From the NCBI RefSeq assembly GCF_009914755.1, contig NC_060929.1: DNA of 64,000 nucleotides; one strand, given 5' to 3'. Of the stretch, positions 48,785 to 63,256 are shown piece after piece (the stretch's first letter is position 1; each line of letters opens with the position of its first letter). The position numbers were made by a program, and so were the translations under genes. The notes under the pieces were generated by a model. That model had not been told where the DNA came from and ran no database searches. It was given only the letters and a program-made list of their open reading frames with translations. The DNA is from the human T2T-CHM13v2.0 reference genome, Homo sapiens.

Positions 48785-49643
48785 GGTAAACACCTTGTCT
48801 GTTCTTGGCTTTCAGGATACTCTGGGGTGTTTTCTACACCAACAACTGATTCTCCACTTCTCTGATCACCAACTGGGTGTCCAACAATCCATGCAATTCT
48901 GACACTAATTACCCAGAGTCAATGTCAGACTCCACAGATTTAAGGCTTCTGTTCCGTAAGACTGCCCCTTCATCAGACACCAGTCTCAAGTCCCAGACAT
49001 CTGTACTTCTGATTAACTGGCTATAAATCAGGGGTTCCTATGACCCCCATCTCAGGTTCGATAATTTGCCAGAATGATAACACAGAACTCAGGAAACACT
49101 TATGTTTATTGGGTATTATATTAATAAATGATACAACTCGGAACAGCCAGATGGAAGAGGTGAATTGCGCAGGGTATGGGGGAAGGGCCTTGAGCTGCCA
49201 TGCCCCTCAGAGTACACCCCCTCCCAGCACCTCCGTGTGTTCACCAGCCCCAAAGCTCATCAAGTCTCTTTGTTGAAGGGTTTTGATAAAGAGTAGTTTC
49301 CAGTGCCCCTCCCACCCAGAGGTCAGTGGGTGGGGCTGAAAGTTCCAAGCCTGTAATCCCTTAGTCTTTATGGTGACCAGCCCATCCTGAGGCTCCCTAG
49401 TGGCCCCATCCTAAGTTGCCTCATTAGCATAAATCAGGTGTGACCAAAAGGGCTTGTTATGAATGACAAAGATAGTCCTATCACCTCTGTAACTCAGGCA
49501 GTTCCAGGGGCTTTAGAAGCTTTGTACAGAACCCAAATATAACAAAGGATGCTTCTATCACCCTTATCTTTCATGAAATTACAAAGTTCTAGGATCTCTG
49601 TGACAGGAACTGAGGACAAGGACCAAATATCTCTTATACCACA
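48785..49643 (-). mobile_element. MER21-like LTR
   Basis: Reverse strand starts tgtggtataagagatatttggtc; caccaactgggtgtcc and caattctgacactaa are present. Confidence 0.75.
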
Positions 49644-49704
49644 AGATACTATATTCTGTTGAATTTCCTTGGCATTCTTTTTTACTAGTTCCTCCTCATG
49701 TTCC

Positions 49705-50195
49705 TGTAGCAGGACGAGCCGTGGACAAAACCCCATAGACACCGAGATAGTGAAGGAAGTAGCTTTAATCCTCTGGAAGCATTGGCAGACTAGCGTCTTA
49801 AAATCCGAGCTTGTTGAGTGCACAGTTTCTGTCCCTTTTAAGGGCTCACAACACTAAAGATTTTACATGAAAGGGCCGTGATTGATTGAGCAATCTAGGG
49901 GGTATGTGACAGGGGCTGCATGCACCGGTAATCACAGTGAAACAGAACAGAACGAGAAGTTTCACAATGTCCTTCCATACAATGTCTGGAATCTATGGAT
50001 AACATTGGTTGCTAGGTCATGGGTTGAATTTTAACTATCAGGCTAAGGTCAGGCAGGCCCAGGCCTGGTTTTGGGTCTGGTGCCTGGCACCCAGCTGCCT
50101 GCCTTTGGTTTCGCTTCCTTGTTTCTTCTTAAAACAGGTACTGAGTATAAAACAATATAGAACAATATGGCGGGGTCTCTTTCTCTCTTCTCTCA
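49705..50195 (-). mobile_element. 3' LTR of a HERV-E/Harlequin provirus (LTR2 family)
   Basis: Minus strand TGAGAGAAGAGAG...GGCTCGTCCTGCTACA, 491 bp; polypurine tract aaggggggaaa abuts at 50196; ATTAAA near 49763. Confidence 0.9.
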
Positions 50196-50226
50196 TTTCC
50201 CCCCTTTGAGACTCTCACTCATTTTG

Positions 50227-52201
50227 TTAGTGGGAATTCTCACTTTCATTTTCACTACTTATGTCTTCCTGTGCAATAGATCGATAGTGATTCATATAAT
50301 ATACTTGTGCTGAAGCATTCTGGTGAACTAAGGTAGCAATGAAGCTTTTTATCATTTGAAGAAGTACAGGTAGCAAACAAGGGAGTAGTAAGCAGGTTCC
50401 TATTACTATTATAACTCCTATTATAAGAGTTTTAAATCCTCCTATTGCTGGGAACCAATTTCCAAACATGGCCCCAGGATCAAATCCGTGCCACACTTGC
50501 ACATATACATGTGCCAGTTTTGTTGTATTTTTAACTATGTCTTCAACTACTTGCCCTTGATCATCTATGTGTAGACAGCAATTAGTAAGGTTAAATTTTC
50601 CACAAACTCCTCCTTCAGCTGCTAGCAAGTAGTCGAGAGCTAGTCTATTTTGGTAGATAGCATTCCTCATCTGAGTCTCTTGCCAGGCAAGAACAGTCAA
50701 GGCTTGACCAGTTTTATTAGCAATAATTTCTAAAACAGCTTGCAAACGTATGATTCAGTTGAGCATGTAGATGGGGGTCTGATATCCTCACGAGCCATCT
50801 TGTGCCCAAGTGGCGGGCCCATAGTATTGTATAATTCTTTCAGGGGGCCATTCATCATCTTTGCAGTTACCTATGGCTATGCTTTGTTTTTTGCGGGAAG
50901 CATAGAAGGGAATCCTAGGAGTTCGCCTGTTTTTATGGGCAGTAGGAAGAAAGACGGTTTAATAGTGCCAATTACACAGCTACCTGTCCACTGATCAGGT
51001 AGCTTAGCATAGGCTCTATGTCCACATATCCAGTATAACCCAGTGGGGGCAGTCCAGTCCCGGTGGAATTCTGGGTGGGTCCAAACAGTCTGCAATTTTG
51101 GAAATTTACTGAATGGATCTTTTTCTGTGTAATTGGAACTCCACCATGTAACTGTTTTTGTGGTACCATTATACAGTTTTTGTCCAAGACAACTAAGCCG
51201 TCCTACAGGATGAGTGAACTCTTTTCCTTCTCTAGCTATGCAATATTGTCCAATAATTGAGGCTTTTAGAACCCAGAAATTGTCAGGACTAGGATGCGGT
51301 TCTCTAGATTGGGAAAAAAGCTATACAGCATAAAATAAGTATATCTGCCATGAATCATATTCATGTACAAATGTGTGTCAATACTGGTCTTGTGTCATCT
51401 GGGCTACTTGGAAAAAAGATAAAAAAGATCTTGTTTGGCTCCAAAAAGGAAAAAGTAGCCCCTCCTGCACAAGTGGAAGCTGCAACCCTTTAGAATTAAT
51501 AATTACAAATCCCTCAGACCCAAAGTGGGAAAAAGGAGAACACGTATCTCTAGGCATTGATGGAAAAGGACTAGACCCTAAGGTCAACATTTTAATAAAA
51601 GGAGAAATTCGAAAACGCTCTCCAGAGCCAGTATTTCAGAGTTTCTATGAAGAACTAAATGTGCCAGTACCTGAAATTCCAGGAAACAGTAGAAATTTGT
51701 TTTTGCAATTAGCTGAGCATGTAGCTCAGTCTCTGAAAGTCACTTCATGTTATGTTTCTGGAGAGAACCGCATCCTAGTCCTTGCTGATTACTATTAATA
51801 GTGGCACAAGCGTCAAATTTTAGAGTTACATGTTTGGGAACCCCTCTTTCTTCTGCTCTAGCTATTACTTTACTTGTGTCACCTAGAAAAGGACCAGTCC
51901 TTAGTCTTGTTTCAAAAACCGTGATCATGGGAGGTTCAGAGGGGTCATAGCACACATCAGGCTGCCCACTTCCTGGATTACATACTTTGTACTGAGTGTT
52001 ATTATATAAACATGTTCCTTATGGAGTTCCTGGGCACTCATAATAACTATGGAACAAAAAGATTGTTTTAACCTGTTGTCCTACCTCAGTGACCTGATGT
52101 AGCCACTGAAAGCAGTCTTCCATGTGAAAAGAAGCAGTGGAAGCTTTTACCCCACAAGTCCATGTCATAAGGAAAATAAGTCCCATGACGATTTTCCTCA
52201 T
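50227..52201 (-). pseudogene. Defective HERV-E/ERV3-like env
   Basis: Signal peptide MRKIVMGLIFL; TM with [15 protein letters not shown] immunosuppressive domain, [10 protein letters not shown] and a membrane anchor; disrupted by stops, frameshifts and an internal inversion. Confidence 0.92.
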
Positions 52202-55200
52202 GCTTCGGCCGTGCGCGGACCCGTCAGCTTCCGGGTGTGACTGGAGCAGGGCTTGTCGTCCTCCTCAGGGTCACTTTACAGGGATTGTCCAGGCTTGGTT
52301 TGGCCCTCCAGGTTTCAGGGGCTGCGGGATTTTTTTACGTGGCTGTGGTGAACCCAGGCCGGGATTCTGTCCACCTTTACAGCTGTGGGAGTGGTCAGGA
52401 TAACGATCTGCGTTCCTTTCCACCGTGGCCGTGAAGGAGCTACGTTCCAGTCCTTGATCCACACATGGTCACCTGGAGAAAAAGGGTGAACTGGGGAGAG
52501 TAAGCTGACCGGGCACCTCTCATTTACCCAAGTTGAGATTGTCTGGGTAATTTTCCCTAGGGCCTGTAGCTATCGCTGCAGTTCAATTTCACCCAACTCT
52601 TGGGGAGTACCCGGAAGTCCTCGCAGTATAGGAGGAGGCCTATGATATAATATTTCATAAAGGGAGTATCCTGTTTTCTTAGAGGGGGTGCACCTAATTT
52701 TAAACAATACCATAGGAAGGGCCTATATCCATTTTAATCCTGTCTCTTGACATACTTTCCCTAAACTATTTTTGATAGTCCAATTCATTCCCTCCACCTT
52801 TCGGGAACTCTGAGGTTGGTAGGTGGCATGTAGCTTCCAAGTGATTCCTAATACCTTTGCCGTCCTCTGTACTAAGTCAGCCACAGATGCCGGCCCATTA
52901 TCTGAGCCGATTCGTAGAGGCAGTCCAAACCTAGGGATGAGATCTCGAAGAAGCACACGGGTTACTTCACAAGCTTTTTCAGTTCGTGTTGGATAAGACT
53001 CTATCCACCCAGAGTAAGTACACACTAGAACAGTAAATACTTGTTACCTCCGCATTTGGGCATCTCTGTGAAGTCCACTTGAAGATCTTCAAAGGGAGCT
53101 GCTCCACAGGCTTGTGTGCCGGGAGGAACAGGGGACCTTGCTTTGCATTGTGCATCGCCACGCTACTGTTTTAGCAAGAGCTGGCAAGTGTGAGATGTAG
53201 AAATACCGGCTTAACAGCTTTTCAAGTGACTCCTGGCCTAAATGGGTAGTTTCATGTACAGCCAGCACAACTGCGGCTCCTAGCAGCTGTGGCACAGCTA
53301 TTCTCCCATCTGGTGACTTTATCCATTCTTCTTTTATTGTTTGTCCTCCCTTTGCCTGAAGAACGTCTTTTCCCTTTTTAGAATAAGTAGGCACCAGATC
53401 AGGTGTTTGAGGGAGTAGAGGGGCTGTGACTGATGCCTGGTAAAGAGTAGATGCTGCTTTTTGTGCCTCTGTGTCTGTTCGGGAGTTTCCTTGGCTTACT
53501 GAGGTGGAAGCTTGCAGGTGTCCCCTGCAATGCATGACTGCTACCTTTTGGGGTTTCCATACTGCCTCTAATAATTGCAGAATTTCTTGTTGATATTTTA
53601 TGTCCTTTCCCCCGGAATTTAACAGGGCTTTTTCTTTATATAATGCTCCGTGCACTTGGAGGGTTAGAAAGGCATATCGAGAGTCAGGATAAATGTTCAC
53701 AGTCTTACCTTCACGGAGTTCTAGAGCCCGGGTTAAAGCAATGAGCTCTGCCTTCTGGGCTGAAGTGCCGTGAGGCAACGGTTTGTCTTCAATAACATCA
53801 TCCAAGGTCACCACCGCACATCCTGCGCATCTTTCTCCTTGCGGATTGATGAAGCTGCTCCCGTCCACGTATAACTCCCAGTCCACTGATGCCCATGGCT
53901 GGTCTCGAAGATCGGGCCTGCTAGAATAGACTGAGTCCAACACTTCCACACAGTCATGTTCGACAGGGCTGTCTGATGCTGGGAGTAAGGTGGCAGGATT
54001 CGGAGTGTTACAGACGTCAGTGGTTATGTGGGGGTTTTCACATAACAAGCTTTGGTACTTGGTTAATCTAGCATTTGTTAACCAATCATGTCCTTTGGTA
54101 TTCATTAAAGTTACCACTGCATGGGGGGGGCCTTTATACTTAAGTTTTGCCCAAGGGTTAGCTTGTCTGCTTCTTGTGCTAACAGGGCTGTAGCTGCCAG
54201 GGCTCTCAGACATGGAGGCCAGCCTTTTGAAACTCCGTCTAGCTGTTTTGAGAGGTACGCCACTGGTCTTGGCCAGGGCCCCACAGTGTGGGTTAAAACT
54301 CTGACTGCCATTTTTTGTCTTTCTGACACATAGAGTGTAAAGGGCTTTGTCAAATCTGGTAGTCCTAAGGCTGGGGCTGACATAAGTTTTTCCTTTAACT
54401 TGCAAAAGGCTTGCTGTTGCAGAGGTCCCCATTCAGAAGGCTCCTGGTCGCCCCCCTTTGTAACCCCATACAATGGTTTGGCTAGCACCGCAAAGTTTGG
54501 AATCCATAATCTGCAAAATCCCACGGCTCCTAGAAATACCCTTACTTGCCTTCTGGTTTTAGCGGGAGACTTGCTTAGTAAGCTGAGAGCCACCATTTCC
54601 TTTACAAAACAGGGCTCTTTGCAGGCTGAAGTTACAGGCAACAGGAGTTATCATGGCCCTTACAGTCCCACGAGAAGAAGAATGGAGACTTTTTCTGAGC
54701 CAGGTCAGGAGATAAAACTGGCTCTAGCTAAGAGTGTGGGCAGAGGACAATCCTCCGGGCTGGCCACTGCAGTAGGCAGTAGCTTAGGTTCCGGTAAGCT
54801 GCAGGTGACCTGCTTTCTTCCTGACCCCAGGCTGCGCTCCCCTTTCCGGATAGTGAATCCCAGGTAGCGTACCTGCTGTCTGCAGATCTGAGCTTTCTTC
54901 TTGGACACCTTATACCCACAGTCCTCCAGGTGTCAAAGCAGGGCATCCGTCCCTTTTGCACACCCATCTGCCATGGAGTCTCCTAGCAGAAGGTCGTCCA
55001 CGTACTGGAGCAAGATGCAGCCTAGGTCTTTAGCAGGAAACTTCTGGAGGTCTCGAGCCAACGCCTCCCCGAAGATGGTGGGGGAGTTTTTAAACCCCTG
55101 GGGAAGCCGAGTCCAAGTGTACTAAGTAGTGACACCTGACCCCGGATCTTCCCACTGAAAGGCAAACAGCTTTTGGCTCTCAGGAGCTAGCCTGATGCTA

Positions 55201-56007
55201 AAGAAGGCATCCTTCAAGTCCAGACAAGTGAACCAGCTGTCCTCAGCCAGCAGCAATCCTAACAGTGTGTAAGGGTTAGGAGCTGTTGGGTGCAGAGTCA
55301 CTGTAGCTTGGTTAACCAAGCTTAAGTCCTGTACAGGTCGATAGTCCTTGGTCCCTGGCTTGGGGACAGGTAGGAGGGGGGTGTTCCATGGATACTGGCA
55401 AGGAACTATAATTCCAAAATCTTTCAAGCGTTTAAGGTGAACCTGTATTCCTTCAAGAGCTTCTCTGGGAACCAGATACTGCTTTTGTCTAATTGGCTGG
55501 GCCCCAGGCTTAATTTCTATGAGTACAGGGGCTTGACTGATCGCCAGCCCGGAGGATTGTCCTCTGCCCACACTCTTAGCTAGAGCCGGTTTTATCTCCT
55601 GACCTGGCTCAGTTAGAAAAAGTCTCCATTCTTCTTCTCGGCGGACTGTAAGGACCATGGTAACTCCTGTTCCTGGTAACTTCAGCCTGTAAGGAGCCCT
55701 GTTTTGTAAAGGGTGGCTCTCAGCTTACTAAGCAAGTCTCTCCCTAACAAAGGCAAAGGGCAGTCAGGCATTTACAGAAATTGATGAGTCACTTTGTGTC
55801 CTCCCACCGAGCAGGTCCACGGTAGGCAGAAAACCTGCTTGGCGGAGACTCCCGTTGCTCCGATTATATCAATGGTTTTCTTAGATAAGGGGGTCACTGG
55901 GGTGGTTACTACTGAGTGGCACCGGTATCGACCAAAAACTTAATGTCCTTGCCCCCTATTGTCATCCTGACCATGGGCTCCTTGGGGGCATTTGAGCCCA
56001 GTCTCCT
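52200..56007 (-). pseudogene. Defective gammaretroviral pro-pol (PR, RT, RNase H, IN)
   Basis: FLVDTGA; YRPVQDL; LDLKDAFF; LPQGFKNSP; YVDD near 54995; LYVDGSS and SAQKAEL; HETTH and SDNG; many frameshifts. Confidence 0.93.
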
Positions 56008-56290
56008 TCAGTCTAGCAGCCCTTCGGCCAGATTGCACAAAGTCCCTTGGTCTTTATCTGTGGTCTTTTGCTCCGCATCACCTTGCTTCTCCTTCAGTTG
56101 TGGACACTTATCTTTCCAAGGTCCTATTTCTTTACAGTAGGCACATTGGTTACGCTGCAGACGCGAGCAATTGGACTGGGCATTCCTCCCGGAACCCCCC
56201 TTTCCCTGCCCTTTGTGGGGGATCCCTCTAATTGCTGCAGTCAGCAAATTAGCGTTCTGTCTGGCCTGGCATTCGCCTTCCTTACAGAGG
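56008..56290 (-). pseudogene. 3' end of gag (nucleocapsid); provirus is truncated beyond this
   Basis: NQCAYCKEIGPWKDKCP zinc knuckle with His replaced by Pro; stop codon followed in frame by protease. Confidence 0.88.
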
Positions 56291-56294
56291 AGAC

Positions 56295-57083
56295 GTTACA
56301 GCAGACCAATGCACCAAAAGTGGAAGTCGCAGCAGAGAGTTTAATAATTGTAGGGCAGCCAAATGAGGAGTTGGGAGGAAACCTCAAATCTGCCTCCCCG
56401 AGAGGTTTGGGGATGGGGTTTTTAAGGGATCTGGCTGTGTGAAGGGCTAAAGTGTGGGGATTGATGATTGGTTGAAAAGTAAGGGGTCAAGTCATGGGAC
56501 AGGGAGAGGAAGAAACTGCATTCCTGTGTTTAGTCGGTTCCCTGGCGGGGATCTTCAGACCCACTGGCGTCAGCCATCCTGCTGGAATTCAGGATCTGGA
56601 AAACACCTTAAGCAATTCTTGGGTTAGAAGATCCAGTGTCAGAGATTCTGCCTATAGGAGCAATGGGGGAGCAGGTGGTCGGCACACTACAGGACTCTTG
56701 GTTAGTTAGAGCTTCAGGGAAGTGGGTCAAAGGGCACCACTGCACCCTGCTCAATGTCTAACTGTAATTCTCCCTAAACTCTGGCTTGAAATTCTCACTA
56801 ACCCTGCGAGGGTGGTTTCAGAGCCATCGGGGCAAGGGAATTCTTGCTCAGCTGGCTTTACAGCATTCTTGCTAACACAGCAAAGGTGGGGGATGAGAAA
56901 CTCTGTCAGATAGTAAGAATGATCAGATGTCAAGAGTTGGGGGATTCTTGCTAAACTGACTTATCAAGACTCTTTGCAAAGACTGGGCTGGGCAGGACAG
57001 AATGAGGGCCAAGGTCAATGCCTAGTGAAAACGAGGGCTCAGAACGGCCTGACTAAAGTTTGGTCAAGGAGGTAGTCTTATCA
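56295..57083 (-). mobile_element. ERV1 LTR (MER31/MER67-like)
   Basis: Reverse strand starts tgataagactacctccttgaccaaactttagtcagg. Confidence 0.65.
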
Positions 57084-57084
57084 C

Positions 57085-58230
57085 TCTCCGCTACTCAGCG
57101 CATTCTCGTCTCGTTCAGAGTGAAATCCACTGACACAGAACCCATTAAGAACCTCCACGTTCTGCCCCCTTGCCTAGGATCTCCTACTGTTCTCTCCCTT
57201 TTCTTTCTGCTTCAGCAACAGTGTCCTTATTGTTCCTTCAACAAGCCAGGCATGCTCCCACCTCAGGGTATTCGAATCCGCTTTTCATTCTGCCAGAAAG
57301 ACTTCCCACAGATACTTAAATTGGCCCATCCCTCATCTTCTGCAGGTCTTTCTTCAAATGTCACCCTCTCAATGAAATGTTTCTTAACCACTTTGTGTAA
57401 AATTGCAAACTCTCCCACCCTCCATGTTCCTGTTCCCTTTTTAAATTCTTGTTTGCACTTACAGGGAAGTTTAAATTTTTCCCCTGAAGTTTCGATAATT
57501 TGAGTCTATAAAACAAAATGATACATAGCTGAATAGGAAAAAAAGGCATACAAATTTTATTAAAGTTCATACAAGCACAGGAGTGATACAACATACAAAA
57601 ACTCAAAGAAAGGCAAGGTAGTTGATATTTTTATACCATCTTGAAGTTACAGGAAGAACAGGGGCTTGGATCACGGCTAAGGCGGGTTATAGGAGGGAGA
57701 GAAGAGGAAAGACCTGAAGAAAAGGTAGACTCATTATGCAAATGAAGCTGCACAGGTAGCAGCCTAAGAGCAAATGGTAGCCCGTGGTTAAAGTTTGCAC
57801 CAGATTTTCAAAGGTGTCAGACTCTCAGTTAGTCTTTCTCAGATCTGGACGAGGGGAGAGCCTCAGAGAAAGCCTATTCACATCTGTTGTTGACTGCACT
57901 TCATTTCCTCAACAGATGCAAGTCTCCTCTACAAAAGACAGCTTTTCAGGACTATTCCTGTCTGCAAGCTCTCTGAATAGCCATCTCAAGATACGTCAGG
58001 GAAGTATGTTTTGGAGTGAATTATTTTGGTTGCCTTCACACTCATCTCTATCTCAAAACGTATTTATTCCTCTTATTATCTTTCCTCTCTCTCTTCCAGT
58101 AAAATTCAAGCTGCATTTGTGCACAGGTTTTGCCAGTTTTGCCCACTGGTGTATTTCCAGAATCTGGCACAATGCTAGGCACAGGATAAGTGTTCAACAT
58201 AATTTTTGTTGTTGCTGAATGAATCAATAA
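57085..58230. mobile_element. L2 remnant interrupted by a MER34/MER39-like LTR (~57460-58040)
   Basis: L2 motifs tcttcaaatgtcaccctctcaatga and tgttgctgaatgaat flank an LTR-like block. Confidence 0.6.
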
Positions 58231-58307
58231 TGAAATCCTATACAGTAATGAAAAGGAATGAACTTTGCATGTATCAAGGTAGACTAATCTAAAAGTGTTT
58301 GTGTTGA

Positions 58308-58552
58308 ACACATATATACACATGATACATATATGCATGTATATACACATGATATATATACATATATACACATATAGGCATATACACATATATATGCAGA
58401 AATCTTTATATAAAGGATATCTGCTATATACATACATATTGTATATTGTATAAAAGTTGAATACAATGTACAATTGAAACTATACAATTGTATATTGTAT
58501 GTATATAGCAGATTACCTTTATATACATACATATTGTATATTGTATGTATGT
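58308..58552. repeat. (TA/CA)-rich low-complexity repeat
   Basis: Seen directly. Confidence 0.85.
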
Positions 58553-58776
58553 AGCAGGTTGTCTTTTTATAAAGATTTAAAATGTTGCAAAAGTAAACAA
58601 TGTTTAGGGACACATGCATGTGGAGTAATTATCAAACAAAACAAAGGAATGCTGAAAGCAACTCAGGAAAATGACTTGGGAGCACTGTGAACAAGGCTTC
58701 CAAATTTTGGGTAAATTTCTCTTTGGTAACCCAAGTGTTGGGTATGTGGGTATTTGTTTTATTATTATTAAACCAT

Positions 58777-59090
58777 GGGCCTCGCACAGTGGCTCATGCC
58801 TCTAATCCCAGCACTTTGGGAGGCTGAGGTGGGCAGATCACGAGGTCAAGAGATCAAGACCATCCTGATCAACATGGTGAAACCCCATCTCTACTAAAAA
58901 TACAAAAATTAGCTGGGCATGGTGGTACATGCCTGTAGTCCCAGCTACTCAGGAGGCTGAGGCAGGAGACTGCTTGAACCTAGGAGGTAGAGGTTGCAGT
59001 GAGCCAAGGTCGCGCCACTGTACTCCAGCCTGGCGACAGAGTGAGACTCCATCTCAAAATAAATAAATAAATAAATAAATAAAAACAAAA
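58777..59090 (+). mobile_element. Alu with (AAAT)n tail
   Basis: Full dimer. Confidence 0.92.
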
Positions 59091-59161
59091 ATCTGTGCCT
59101 ATGAATACATTATCTCCTGTGTATGGTACACATTAAAAGAATTTAAAATAACATAACTATC

Positions 59162-61250
<2,089 letters not shown>

Positions 61251-61339
61251 TAATCACAACCAGCGGTGGGAGCTACAGCACACTGATCATCCTAAATGAA
61301 TCTAATTTCCGGTTTTGTTTTTTCAAACTACTCCGCTTG

Positions 61340-62420
61340 CTTAACAAGTGCGCGGGCTGTAGGCAGCACGGCCAGCAGCTGGAGACCTCCTGCCTCGTGT
61401 GCGGCGTGCGTACTCCCTCGCACTGCAGCCCCTCCGCGCACTGTCGCCTTTGAGAGCTCTCGTTGGCGGAGGCGGTTCCTCTCCCGGAGTTCGCAGCGCG
61501 CACCGCGGCGTCCCCTGGGAAGTGTAGTCGGCGTGGGGCCGGAGGCATGCCGGGAGTGGTAGTTCTCCCGCGGTTGGCGGGGTTTCGGGGACAGCTCGCG
61601 GCCTTTCGGGGGTTCTCCTGGCTTGGGCCATCCAGGCTTGGCTAGGATTGCCGGCCTGGGGTTGAGGCGCTCGCAGTGGTCTCTTCCGGGCCGGGGTGGA
61701 TCCGGGCCTCTCCAGCGAGTGGGCGGCGTGCAGCCTCGTCTGGGCTTCTGGGACCAGCCCTACGCGGCTCGGGCCCCTTGGCCACTGGGTCCCGGGGCGC
61801 CGTCCGCGAGCGGCCTGGACTGCCGGAGACCCGCGGGAGGGAGCGCCTCGCCAGGTGAGCTGGGTGCGCCGGGCCGCTGGGGTGGGGATGCCAGCCTTTT
61901 GTCGTTGTTCATTCTGCGATTTTCTTCTGTGCATTTTCTTCTGAGTAACGGAAATAATAAAAGCAATAGCTGATGCCCGCCGAGAGCGCTCGGGTGCCAG
62001 GCACCAGACTAGCGCATCGCCCGAACGAACTCCGCGCATCCCTGCTAACAGATAGGGTGGCGGTACGCTGTTCCCGCTCTGTCAGGAGGAGACCGAGGCA
62101 GAGTGGCGAGGTCATTGCCCCAGATGTAACTGGGGCCTGGGGCTAGGATCAGGATTGCCTTCCCGGCCCTTATGACTTTGGGCAGGTCACGACCTCCTGG
62201 TTTTCAGTCTCCGTAACATCTGTAAATGTGAAGATTGAAAATACTGCGTGGAAAACACTCACCGCTTCCTGGGAGGAGGTGCGCTTCGTCGCGTAACCGA
62301 GGCCTTGTGTGGCAGCTTCCCCTGGGCTGGTCGAGGCACCCGCTGGAACTGGCCTGGCAGAGCCCCAGGTTGGCTCCATGCTAGGGGGCACCCTGAGTCG
62401 CCGCTGCAGATCGCGGGCCT
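61340..62420 (+). promoter_or_regulatory. ZNF354C: CpG island / promoter and non-coding first exon of ZNF354C
   Basis: CpG-rich; SBS/ZNF143-like tgggaagtgtagtc (61516-61529) and cgggagtggtagtt (61551-61564); ETS-like cttccgg near 61683; strong donor CAG|gtgagc at 61854. Confidence 0.82.
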
Positions 62421-63256
62421 GGAGGCCCTCACACTTGCCCGGCTGCCCCAGGCAGCCTCTTCCCTTGCTTTCTGTGGGGCGGGCACGGTTTCCACCTCTC
62501 CCACCTGGGGTTGGTGTTTGGGCAGCGACGGCTGTTTCTGGTTGTGGGTGCCATTAGAGGCGGCACCTGTGGAGTATTAGGAGGGACAGCAAAGCTCTGG
62601 CTTTGGGTGGGGACAGTGCCTTAATCCTGTTACCTTGGGTAAAGTGTGGTAAGGCCCGACGAAGATCTAGTAAAGAGGCTGGGAAAGCTGAGTGGTTGGA
62701 TTATGCTCACAGTTTCTTGGGGAGAACACAGCACTCCACGGAAGGACCACTCAGGGCGAGCAGTGGGGTCTGTCACCAGGGTAGGGATGCGGGGAAGCCT
62801 CTTTATCGTGGCTACCATAGGGAGGAAAGGGTGAGGCAGGGCAGGCAGGATGAGGATCAGCTAGCTAGGCTGGGAAGTGGCGCCCCAGGAGACTGGATAT
62901 TCATTGCGACTTTTAGGTGTGCAGTTCAAAGCTAGCGAAGGACTCCAGACATCCATGGGGGAGTCACGGTTTGCCTAGAGGTAGCTGAGAGGCCCGAAGG
63001 TGGAAGTTAAAGAGTCCAAGTGCAGAAATAGAAGTAGGGTTGGCACATTGCCCTAGTAAACTAGTAAACACTCTTCTTGCTTTACATCATTACGGGGGGT
63101 GGCTTTTTTGAGACCTGATGGACATTATGGGCGGTTGTAACTTCCTCTCTCCAAGCCATCTCCTGACGCCAGGGTTCTTCTTGACACCTTTTTCCTCTGC
63201 AGACCCACCGTGTCCACACTCTGCTCTCCCTGGGCAGGAAGACTGAGGAGGAAGGG

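Noticed and set aside
53089-54432. 447-aa ORF as a possibly functional or domesticated pol
   Set aside because: Its N- and C-terminal parts are out of the pol frame, RT is split by an insertion and integrase is frameshifted; only the tether/RNase H part is in frame.
61341-62039. 232-aa minus-strand ORF in the second CpG island
   Set aside because: Same compositional artefact; no recognisable domain.
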